A stretch of 64,000 nucleotides of DNA from Octopus bimaculoides (lineage: Eukaryota). Every line of letters begins with the position of its first letter. The first letter of the stretch is position 1. The stretch covers positions 147,401,671 through 147,465,670 of the forward strand of contig NC_068983.1 in assembly GCF_001194135.2 (NCBI RefSeq), in the 5' to 3' direction. The translations under genes and the position numbers were made by a program. Positions 1 through 11,010 of the stretch are shown here, in pieces. The notes under the pieces were generated by a model. It did no database searches, had not been told where the DNA came from, and worked only from the letters and a program-made list of their open reading frames with translations.

Positions 1-210
1 CAGAGTGTGGCAGAGTGTATAGGGGGACAATTGCCCAAAAAGAAAAGACGAAGACAGGTGGTGTACACAACAAAAGATGTATTAGTATAACGCTCGGCAA
101 GTGGAAAAGTTTTTAACGTTTCGAGCCTACGCTCTTCCACAGAAAGGAACACAGAAAGAAACAAGGAGACAAAAAAAAAAAGGATCTGTAGTGGCTAGCG
201 ATCTATCATA
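1..210 (-). mobile_element. Penelope-like element terminal (pLTR-like) repeat remnant containing a minimal hammerhead-like motif
   Basis: Minus strand 146->111 reads CTGTGGA-A-GAGC-gtag-GCTC-GAAACGTT, the stemII-GAAAC-palindrome layout typical of PLE termini. The family call is by pattern recognition only. Confidence 0.4.
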
Positions 211-843
211 TATATCAGAGTGTATATATATGTTATTATATCAAGAGCTTTTACTATAAGTAACGCCTCATGCCGTAATGGAACTCTACCTTAATAAATA
301 TACACAGGCACCAAAATCGAGAGAATGTACTTAGAAGTTCCTTTAAAAAAGTTTTAGTCGTATATCATTAATGATTTCATGGTCAGCATATATAATATGG
401 TCTCCAATCATCAGAACAACATAACAAGAAAATATAAGTATAAACATCTCCACGTACCAAGCGAACAACAACGCATCCAGCAGAGCATATACAAATGTTC
501 ACACTTATACGTCCATGAAAGGGGGCTTCTCATATTCCTCTCGGCCGCACGTGTATAATCGGAACAATTCAGCACTGAATATATTCCGGTTCAATTTTTA
601 AATAAAATATAAGGATAAAATCTATATAAGATTTATCAAGTAGCCAGCATGGAAAACGAATTGAGTGAAACATTAATACAAAGTGAGGCGTTACTTATAG
701 TAACAGTCCTTGATATAATAATGTATTTTATGTTTAAGAAAAAATTGTATACTTCGTATTAATTTTTTCCTGTATTGGTTTTCCACGCTGGCTACTTGAT
801 AAATCTTATATTGATTTTATACATATATATACATATTTTTGAG

Positions 844-1022
844 TGTCTGTGTTTGTTCCCCGCCCACCATCGTAACTTAGCGGTTCGGCAAAAGACCGAT
901 AGAATAAGTGCTAGTTTTACGAAGAAATCCTGGGGGTTAATGTTTTCGACTAAATGCGGTGTTCTTGCATGGCCGCAGTCAAATGAATGAAACAAGTAAA
1001 AGAATAAAAGAACAAAAGAATA
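844..1022 (+). mobile_element. SINE family A, 3' part
   Basis: Matches the 3' half of the full copy at 8573-8984 (cgtaacttagcggttcggcaaaag...gcatggccgcagtcaaatga...gaaacaagtaaaaga). Confidence 0.8.
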
Positions 1023-1023
1023 T

Positions 1024-1087
<64 letters not shown>

Positions 1088-1736
1088 NNNNNNNNNNNNN
1101 NNNNNNNNNNNNNNNNNNNNNNNNNNNNNNNNNNNNNNNNNNNNNNNNNNNNNNNNNNNNNNNNNNNNNNNNNNNNNNNNNNNNNNNNNNNNNNNNNNNN
1201 NNNNNNNNNNNNNNNNNNNNNNNNNNNNNNNNNNNNNNNNNNNNNNNNNNNNNNNNNNNNNNNNNNNNNNNNNNNNNNNNNNNNNNNNNNNNNNNNNNNN
1301 NNNNNNNNNNNNNNNNNNNNNNNNNNNNNNNNNNNNNNNNNNNNNNNNNNNNNNNNNNNNNNNNNNNNNNNNNNNNNNNNNNNNNNNNNNNNNNNNNNNN
1401 NNNNNNNNNNNNNNNNNNNNNNNNNNNNNNNNNNNNNNNNNNNNNNNNNNNNNNNNNNNNNNNNNNNNNNNNNNNNNNNNNNNNNNNNNNNNNNNNNNNN
1501 NNNNNNNNNNNNNNNNNNNNNNNNNNNNNNNNNNNNNNNNNNNNNNNNNNNNNNNNNNNNNNNNNNNNNNNNNNNNNNNNNNNNNNNNNNNNNNNNNNNN
1601 NNNNNNNNNNNNNNNNNNNNNNNNNNNNNNNNNNNNNNNNNNNNNNNNNNNNNNNNNNNNNNNNNNNNNNNNNNNNNNNNNNNNTATATATATATATATA
1701 TGTATACTTATTTATATTTACTTATTTATATCCTCT

Positions 1737-2245
1737 GTTGTGTCTGGGAGAGTCATTCTCTTTTAGTGCCCTGTAATTTAACGCACACCGGTAAAATTTC
1801 CATTCATCTACTTATTTATTTTTCTAAAATTTTCGTTGCGTCTTGCAAACTTTCCAATAGTTGTTGACTCTACAAAAACTGAAACAGTGAATTAGGAACA
1901 GAGAATTAGTGTGCCTTCCTACGGACAAGTCTGGCAGACTGTCAATAGACAGCCCACAGAACTACGTCCAGACCATGCAACAACACATCAGTAGTATGAG
2001 AGAAGTTGCACCACAGGAACATGAAAGAGTGGAAAAATTCGTCGATGCACACATGGGAATGTGGTGCAACATACTCCAACTTAAGAAACGGGCTGCACAC
2101 AATTTCAAAAGAGAGTCAACAACTATTGAAAAGGTTGCAAGGCGCAACGAAAATTTTAGAAAAATAAATAAAAAAGTGGAAATTTTACCGGTGAGTGTGT
2201 TAAATTATGAAGCGCTAAAAGAGAATGACTCTCCCCAGACACAAC
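1737..2245 (+). mobile_element. Penelope-like relic: ~135 bp inverted repeats around a 240 bp RT-proximal coding scrap
   Basis: 1737-1871 is the imperfect reverse complement of 2112-2245. The spacer translates as CLPTDKSGRLSIDSPQNY, resembling the xxDKG-x-vv-D-xxxY motif upstream of PLE RT. Confidence 0.5.
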
Positions 2246-2399
2246 AAAATATGCTTCAACACACGAACTCACATAAAGAATCTTTCAAACCAAATCCCAA
2301 AACGATATTTATATATACATACATACATACATACATACATACATACATACGTCACTGCTACACACACATCTCTCTCTTCCTCCTCGTTCCACTTCCTCC

Positions 2400-2790
2400 C
2401 TCTACTATCCTCTCCGCTCACGCGTGACCTGTGGTCAACTCTCTTTTCATTCCAGCCACTATGAAGGCGAGACGAACTGCTAGCGTTCTACATCAAATTC
2501 GCGTTTGACCGTACGGCATTTTAATGTTGTTTTCACTGTCCAATTTTTCCTGTCTTGGTTTGTGTTTGCCACCTTGGAATTCTCTGTTTAGTGGGTCGAT
2601 CCACTACGCAGGAAGAGACTTCTAGAGTACGTTCTGCCTTATCTTCGAAACGTCTAGTTAGAATAGAGGCAGCTGACGAAGGAATTATTCCAAGTGGCTA
2701 TCTGTATTCCTATGTGTTCGTTCCGTTGTCTGTAGTTCATTGTTCTAGCGTCCTGTACCCTGATATGCATCTATATACACTTGTAGATCG
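2400..2790 (+). mobile_element. Interspersed repeat family P (probable PLE terminal repeat), copy 1
   Basis: Alignable over about 400 bp with the reverse complement of 49900-50360; contains CTGANGA and GAAAC motifs. Confidence 0.65.
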
Positions 2791-3074
2791 TNNNNNNNNN
2801 NNNNNNNNNNNNNNNNNNNNNNNNNNNNNNNNNNNNNNNNNNNNNNNNNNNNNNNNNNNNNNNNNNNNNNNNNNNNNNNNNNNNNNNNNNNNNNNNNNNN
2901 NNNNNNNNNNNNNNNNNNNNNNNNNNNNNNNNNNNNNNNNNNNNNNNNNNNNNNNNNNNNNNNNNNNNNNNNNNNNNNNNNNNNNNNNNNNNNNNNNNNN
3001 NNNNNNNNNNNNNNNNNNNNNNNNNNNNNNNNNNNNNNNNNNNNNNNNNNNNCATATATATATATACACACATA

Positions 3075-3499
3075 CAATGTGTTACCAAAAAAGTAAAACT
3101 ATAATTGTCACTAAATATGACTAGGGTGCTGGAACACCTTACTAGAAATGAGAGCTAAAAGGTCTACTGCTGTAGTTAAAGCACATAATTGTATACATAT
3201 GTACTGGCAGGGACTGTAATCGCCCGAAAACACTGGTCGAGAATTCCCTGTATTGATCGGTGAGTTTCGGCTAATTCCGTAGCCTCATCTGTAGGGACCG
3301 CTCAATCTTGCTGATCCCAGACTTAATACTCTGTCACTAAAAATCTATGGATGATTTAGCGAATCGCTAATATGTATACAAAAAATGAATATAGACAGCT
3401 GTATGCAATGTGTTACCAAAGAGAAAAAAGATCTATAATTTTCACCAAATATGATTTGGGTGCTAGAAATAAGAGCTCAATGCTGCAGTTAAAACACAT
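3075..3499. repeat. Two ~100-110 bp diverged direct repeats (3075-3186, 3406-3499) flanking a degenerate hammerhead-like motif
   Basis: caatgtgttaccaaa...ctataatt...aaatatga...gggtgct...agaaat.agagct...tgctg.agttaaa.cacat occurs twice. Confidence 0.7.
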
Positions 3500-4004
3500 T
3501 CTGGTATGTGGCATCGGTTTGTGTTTTGATTTATGTCTCTAGATAAATTTCCTTTATCATTCACAGTTCTCTATCAATCGGCAAATACAGTCAATTGTCA
3601 AACATTGCGAACTACAGAAACTTGATGTGAGTGCAACGATTTTCAGGTGGTAGCTTGATGTTGAAGTCAATAAAGTAAACAACTGCTTCTGAATGACTTT
3701 CATCTCGTAGATTCTGGAAGTCTTTCAAAAGTTCTTGGCTGCATAGTACTACTTCAGAATGTATTCCTTCGGTACAACAGTGCTATCAGTTGCGCGTGTC
3801 CGAAATATGCGGTGAGTACTGAGAGCGTTCTCGTTCAGATTTCAAATATTACTCACTTGTGGGTTTATGTCGAATAGCTGTCACCACATGTACTATGAAT
3901 CTGGCCGTTTGCAGTATCCATCGAAAAGGTTTTCCACTCGTCTTCATCTATTGCTCAAGTAAGGAGACGATGCCTATTTTCCTCTTTCTTTAGTGGCTGC
4001 TGTA

Positions 4005-4388
4005 GTGGAGGCGCAATGGCCCAGTGGTTAGGGCAGCGGACTCGCGGTCATAGGATCGCGGTTTCGATTCTCAGACCGGGCGTTGCGAGTGTTTATTGAG
4101 CGAAAACACCTAAAGCTCCGCGAGGCTCCGGCAGGGGAAGGTGGCGAACCCTGCTGTACTCTTTCACCACAACTTTCTCTTACTTCCTGTTTCTGTTGTG
4201 CCTGTAATTCAAAGGGTCAGCCTTGTCACACTGTGTCACGCTGAATATCCCCGAGAACTACGTTAAGGGTACACGTGTCTGTGGAGTGCTCAGCCACTTG
4301 TACGTTAATTTCACGAGCAGGCTGTTCCGTTGATCGGATCAACTGGGACCCTCGACGTCGTAAGCGACGGAGTGCCAACAACAACAAC
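4005..4388 (+). mobile_element. Full-length tRNA-derived SINE family B with 13 bp TSD
   Basis: Head has box A/B-like TGGCCCAGTGG and GGTTTCGATTC, tail is (CAA)n, and TSD agtggctgctgta lies at 3992-4004 and 4389-4401. Confidence 0.9.
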
Positions 4389-5807
4389 AGTGGCTGCTGT
4401 AAGACAAAAAGAGGGTAAAAATGATTGAAGAAATCTAGACGCGGATTCTTCTCACAGCTTGTTCAAGTATCACCTAAAGACAAAGACAAGGGTGGAGTGC
4501 GAAATCCTGCCCCCACCCCACGAACTATATTAACTGAAAGGTGAATGATAGTGGTGAGTATTTCCGACATGAGTGGGCTTGTTCTCAATATGTAGCAGTA
4601 AGTCGAGTTCTGAAAAGTGAAGGGTATTTGCATTTGATAGTGGATGCAGTCAGATTGATTCCCAGATTGATATTTATCTGCCTTATGGAATATGTGTATT
4701 TCATATGATCTCATTAATCTATTTGCATTCTTTTTTTTCTTCTGATTTTATATCACATTCTATGTAAACATCCCACCACGACCACGACCACACCATCGTT
4801 ATTTGTCCTTGTACTATCTCCGGCCAGTCTATCATGTGCAAGTAATATAAAAGATTATTATTAGTTCAGTGTAAAACAGCATCGGTAATGAACCGGGAAA
4901 AATATGTAAAGTGTTTGGTTGTACATTTCTACGTTTTGCACTCAATTCCCGATACCCATCACCGCCGCCACCGCCAGGTTAACAGTGTGTCTCATTATTT
5001 CAGAGGTCAGTAAAATCAGTACAATCTTGTCGTGAAGTCATCTACTTCCCCACATAAAAAAAAAAAAACTATTGCTTTGTGCTTATGTAGGAGCGGTATG
5101 TATGACAATCTATACTGCGATAGGAAAATACCTTGCAGTATTTACCTGTAGTTACTTACTTCCCGGGGTTAAATCCCGCAATGGTTGTCTTTGTTTTTCA
5201 TATTTTCAGAATTAATATAATGAAGAACCGGTCAAGCAGAGCGGATTAAATTGACTACCGCCTCCATCCTATTATACAGCTTCGTGCCTACGTAAAAATG
5301 TGAAATGAACGAATAATTGATTTGGAGAGTGAGGAATTATTTATACCAGATTCCTGGCAATATCTTCTAACTACTTTTAGGTTTTTACTTATTGATAACT
5401 TATTGATAACTATCATGTACACACGATATGCTAGTTCGGCGCTAGTGGTTTTGTTCTTATTCAATCACCTATGTATAACATATGTATATACATACATTAT
5501 ATACATACATACTTATACATACATACATACATACATACATAAATACATACATACATACATATATACATACATACATACATACATACATACATACACATAT
5601 ACACACACATACATACATGCATGTGTGTCCATGAATATGTGAGCGTGTGTGTGCGTGTGTTTGGCTGAGGTACAAAATCTATTAACTAATATATTAGTAA
5701 CTGAGAAATGTGCACTTTACATAGCTCTCGCTTTCAATCACACATCTCTAAAACACATGCATGCATAGACATATCACTTACACAGATACGTATATGTAAG
5801 TATGAGT

Positions 5808-5944
<137 letters not shown>

Positions 5945-6869
5945 CGGACACACACACGTTCATATACATCCAGATTTATATAAATTGTACTACTGTGAGA
6001 AAAATTTAGAATGCAGAAACTTAGGTTAAATAAATAGAGGGATTTATTGTGTCAAAGTACGTTCGAAATATACTCTGTGGCTGCTTTTGTCAGTCTGTTT
6101 GTGATTGGTATCTTTGATATAAAATTGTGTATATATATGCATGCATTTATATACGTACGTGTATATATTTACAAATTTTTGTTTCTTCATTTTTATTTGA
6201 AACGCAGATACCCATTCCCTTTTTCTCTCTTATTTTCACTCACTCTGCATCACTTTCTTTCAGTTTCTTTCATTTTCTTCCCTCGCTTCTCTTTCTCTCT
6301 ATCTGCATATGTGCGTGACTATGGGTATGTGTGTGCACGAGTGTGTGTGTGTATGTGCCTGTATTTGTAGTGTTTACTAAACTAAAGTATATTTATCGGA
6401 TTTTAATTCCTTATGGATGAAGATAATAAATAAATATTTGTAATTTACTGCAATATTCTGTCGGCTATAATCGTTTCTCCTTCACAATAAAATGCACGTG
6501 TTCACGTGAATTCATACAACCTTGCAGGGTTATACATTTTCGATGTTCTTACTAAGAAATTCTCTACTATCGACTTTGGCTTTCGCTGAGAGGGTGAGTT
6601 GGCTATAGCAAAAAAGCAGTAATGGTCACATTTTAGAAAATTAAGAAAGGATTTCATCTACACTTTTAGCACTTTCTAAATTTTTTCAATTAACTTATGT
6701 AAACCATCCAGGTAGTCTAAATGAAAAACTCTCCTATATTAACAAAAGATCATGCCAATTTCCATAGTTTTAAAAACCTCCGAACAATTTTCAACTTGAT
6801 CTCTAAGAAGGAAGTATTCAACAAAACATCCTCTTACTACAATAACGTTTTACTAGCTAAAAGATTTAA

Positions 6870-7090
6870 AGAGAAAGTCATCTACTGATCTTCCATTCTG
6901 TCAGCCTCATAATCAAAAAGAGGCGCCATAATGCCATATGATTCGCATAACCCATTTCCCTCAAAATTAAATCTATATAGCCGCATTTTAAACTAGAGAA
7001 GTCTTGCATAGTTTTACCGTTCCCAAACAATGATATCTGGCCTGTTACGTTTACACTTGATAAATGTTTTGATGGGAATGTTCCACTAAT
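6870..7090 (-). pseudogene. R4/NeSL-type LINE restriction-like endonuclease fragment
   Basis: Minus strand translates as WNIPIKTFIKCKRNRPDIIVW (RPDI motif of the RLE), followed by stops. Confidence 0.65.
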
Positions 7091-7795
7091 ATTCCTTGTG
7101 TTGATGTTTGTGTATTTTCAGTTCTATATTTAAGAGATGAGGAATTATCTACATTATTTACATTATTTACATTCGACGGACAAATTATGTACATTATTTA
7201 CAAATATTTACATTATTTACATTCAACGGACAAAGATGAGGACAAATATCCGTCGAATGTAAATAATGTTTGCGTATGTATTCTCTATATTTATTCTAGG
7301 GCAGTTTTTTGCCCCCGAATGACATTGTGCATTGTATTTGCGACAACATCGTGTCGCATAGTGAGATAGTACTTAAATAACATTTTTGGGCAAAAGTTCA
7401 AAAGTTCAAAAGTCCTCGTTTTTGCGCGCTAAATCCGGAAACATCTCCGCAGAAGAAAGTTCCACATCGAATATACTAACTCTGAGAATTTGGTTATGGT
7501 TAATTAAATTAAAGAATAGGGTAAAAAATTGGATATTAATTAATATCAATTTAATACCAGGTAACAAGCACATTAAAAGAATCAGGGAGATTCGGAAAAA
7601 ATATGAGATCTCAAACGATTATTGTATATGTATATATAAGAATATATAAAAAAATATATAAAGGAGGCCACTAGGTGGACTGCTAATGTGCTAGAAGAAG
7701 ATCACATGTCATGTGTCTACTAAGACCGAATAATTCTCAAAGGGGAATTTGGCGAAGCAACAAAAACGTAAATCGGGCAAGACTAGTGAAAATTC

Positions 7796-7838
<43 letters not shown>

Positions 7839-8572
7839 TTATCTGTAAACATATGTTTCGAAATCAATATTTTCTTACCGAAAATATCTGTTTCTCATCA
7901 GTACAGACCTTTGGATAGATACAATTTAGAGAATCGCAAACTAAGTTGCACGCCACAAGGAACGCACGTGTGTGCGGTTCTAAAAAAATATACATTATGG
8001 TAAGGTTCAAAAGTCCTCGTTTTTGCGCGCTAAATCCGGAAATATCTCCGCAGAAAAGGACGGTGGAAGATCGATTTTTAAGACACTCATGTGACAGCGG
8101 TATATATCCTACATATGATACTAGCTATTTGACACAAGCCTACAAATCAGTAATATCCGAACACTCATAGAAAGCTTGCAAAGTAGTTTCGTGTTTCCTC
8201 TGCGCATCATTGACAGGCTCAGCTGATAGCAGTTCCTAACCTGTAGATTTTGTCCTGACTAGATAGTATTATGCTGTAATCCTACCAAGCAAATGTCATT
8301 CGAACTTCCAGATGTTACTATGCATACATAATACCAGAAAATGCAAGGACTGATTTTCCATCAAGCGAATAATAATGAATTTAAACATAGGTAAAATGCC
8401 TTAAATTTGGGGAGATAGTTATAGCCGAATAATTTCACTCCAGTTCTTGACAAGAACATTTTTACCGATGATGATAATAATGATGATAATGTTGATGGTG
8501 ATGATTATGAGGCGGAGAAAGAGGAGAAAGTGGAGGAAAAGGAGGAGTAAGATAATTTATGATCCTGCCATA

Positions 8573-8984
8573 GGCGCAGGAGTGGCTGTGTGGTAAGTAG
8601 CTTGCTTACCAGCCACATGGTCTCGGGTTCAGTCCCACTGCGTGGCACCTTGGGCAAGTGTCTTCTACTATAGCCTCGGGCCGACCAAAGCCTTGTGAGT
8701 GGATTTGGTAGACGGAAACTGAAAGAAGCCCATCGTATATATGTATATACATATATATATATATGTATGTGTGTATATGTTTGTGTGTCTGTGTTTGTCT
8801 CCCCCAACATCGCTTGACAACCGATGCTGGTGTGTTTAGGTCCCCGTAACTTAGCGGTTCGGCAAAAGAGACCGATAGAATAAGTACTAGGCTTACAAAG
8901 AATAAGTCCTGGGGTCGATTTGATTCGACTAAAGGCGGTGCTCCAGCATGGCCGCAGTCAAATGACTGAAACAAGTAAAAGATA
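8573..8984 (+). mobile_element. Full-length tRNA-derived SINE family A (CORE-like central motif)
   Basis: Head has TGGCTGTGTGG and GGGTTCAGTCCC. It also carries ACCTTGGGCAAGTG resembling the CORE domain, an internal (TA/TG)n and an AAAAGAAT-type tail, with many homologues in the window. Confidence 0.9.
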
Positions 8985-9033
8985 ATAGGAGCACTGCAAA
9001 GAGTAGTAGTGCTTGGTAGTTCANNNNNNNNNN

Positions 9034-9469
9034 GTGTGGTAAGTAGCTTGCTTACCAGCCACATGGTCTCGGGTTCAGTCCCACTGCGTGGCACCTTGGG
9101 CAAGTGTCTTCTACTATAGCCTCGGGCCGACCAAAGCCTTGTGAGTGGATTTGGTAGACGGAAACTGAAAGAAGCCCATCGTATATATGTATATACATAT
9201 ATATATATATGTATGTGTGTATATGTTTGTGTGTCTGTGTTTGTCTCCCCCAACATCGCTTGACAACCGATGCTGGTGTGTTTAGGTCCCCGTAACTTAG
9301 CGGTTCGGCAAAAGAGACCGATAGAATAAGTACTAGGCTTACAAAGAATAAGTCCTGGGGTCGATTTGATTCGACTAAAGGCGGTGCTCCAGCATGGCCG
9401 CAGTCAAATGACTGAAACAAGTAAAAGATAATAGGAGCACTGCAAAGAGTAGTAGTGCTTGGTAGTTCA
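9034..9469 (+). other. Assembly duplication of 8588-9023 across a 10-N gap
   Basis: 436 bp that appear identical by eye, including non-SINE flank, on either side of the gap at 9024-9033. Confidence 0.85.
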
Positions 9470-9790
9470 AAACAACACAGACAACAACGATAATGGTACC
9501 GTAATGATGACATGAGGTGTAAATATAAAAGCAATAGAATGAATATAAATAGAAAAGGTCAAAAAATTAAAATAAGAATAAGGTTTATTAAGCTTGAAAT
9601 AGATTTACGTTACTAATTATTCTTCTTTGTTCATGCATCGGCGTTTCTTGTTTGTCTTTCATTTCTTTTAAAAATTAATCATAACAAGAAAGGATATATT
9701 ACTTAATAAGCCCATTTGCATATCTCTTTCATATATCTTTTTGAAATTAGAGTTCTAATGGTATCTCTACGCATTTTATCCTGTACTTAC

Positions 9791-9843
9791 TGACAACATA
9801 AGGAACAAAAAACAACAAAAAGCGCAATGAAAGCAACACAAGT
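9791..9843 (-). CDS. Candidate 53 bp exon of a minus-strand host transcript (hydrophobic)
   Basis: Acceptor attttctttcag and donor gtaagt. Open in all three frames (e.g. LVLLSLRFLLFFVPYVV or TCVAFIALFVVFCSLCC). Confidence 0.45.
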
Positions 9844-10479
9844 CTGAAAGAAAATCAAGATAGTAAAGAAATAAAGGAAATTAGACATTAAGCTTCCTCT
9901 TTTATTTTTACAGTTTTCCGTTCATTTTCGTTTGTCATATAAATTTGTTTTACTACTAGTCAAGTTCAACGTAATACTTGACTTATAGACTAGATATATA
10001 AGTCTAGTATATATGTATATATATATATATATGTGTGTGTGTGTGCATACATATAAGTGTATGAATGTATTGAAGCAGCTACGGTGAAGCGTAAATCTCA
10101 GATTTAGCAGCGTAGACATGCTAAAAGTAGTGTATTATGCTCTAGTATACAATTATACGGAAATAACACTCATACTGCATCCCAGAACATTAAAGTAAAT
10201 GAAATAGAAAAACTCAGAAAACCAGTAATCAGGGTAATTTATGAGGTGAACCTAATATTTACAAGAAAACTTAAATATTTTAAACTATGTTTGTATGTTT
10301 GTATGTATGTATATATGTGTGTATGTATCTATGCATGTATGTATCCATCTATCTATCTGTGTATCTATCAAATAGTTCATCAAATAAACAAATGTCTCAA
10401 AATTTCCACACATGAAAACATGGCCTTAGTAAGAAGAGGTTTCAAATACACGCTGAGATATATATATATATATAGAAAA

Positions 10480-11010
10480 ACTACACCACAGGAAGATGAT
10501 GTAGTATGACACTTTATAGCATGACAGAGTAAAAAACACTACGGTACGTCTAATATGAACAGATACCAAAATAGTATCTGTGTAGCAGCATAAACTTACA
10601 ATAAAATATCTAACAGCACTGCACAATCGTAGCAGCCTAAATCCAGCTGAAAAATGCCTGTTGTTGGTACTGGTGTATGGAACTGAAAAGAAATGCAGCT
10701 GAAATACCTTGTATATAGGTTTAACAGGAAACACTTTGAAAACCTGATATACACAACATATTCACTCATTTAAATCCAAGAACAAAAGCAGCCCTACGTC
10801 ACTCTCATAATATATAAGGAATCCTAAAGATATAAAGTAGAAGATGCGACCATAAAGTAGAACATGATAAAAATAGCCATATCTCCCAAAATTAAAGCAG
10901 ATTGTACAACTTATGTATGCTCGTAAAGTGTTAATTTTGATTTTACTGGCTAGTGTCCTGAATAGCGAAGACGAAATTGTTTTCACATATTTGCACAAAA
11001 TACAGTTCAA
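10480..11010 (+). pseudogene. Penelope-like GIY-YIG endonuclease relic
   Basis: Translates with stops as KCLLLVLVY...LYIGLTGNTLKT*YTQHIHSFKSK...TSLS*YI...LNSEDEIVFTYLHK. Confidence 0.7.

Noticed and set aside
4005-4080. tRNA-like sequences here and at other SINE heads
   Set aside because: They continue into SINE bodies with tails and TSDs and do not give a clean cloverleaf.
3500-4700. Unique-looking DNA interrupted by the SINE, possibly an old coding relic
   Set aside because: Multiple stops in all frames and no recognisable motif.
8588-9469. Apparent tandem duplication of a SINE
   Set aside because: Apparently identical 436 bp on both sides of a 10-N gap, typical of unmerged contig overlap.
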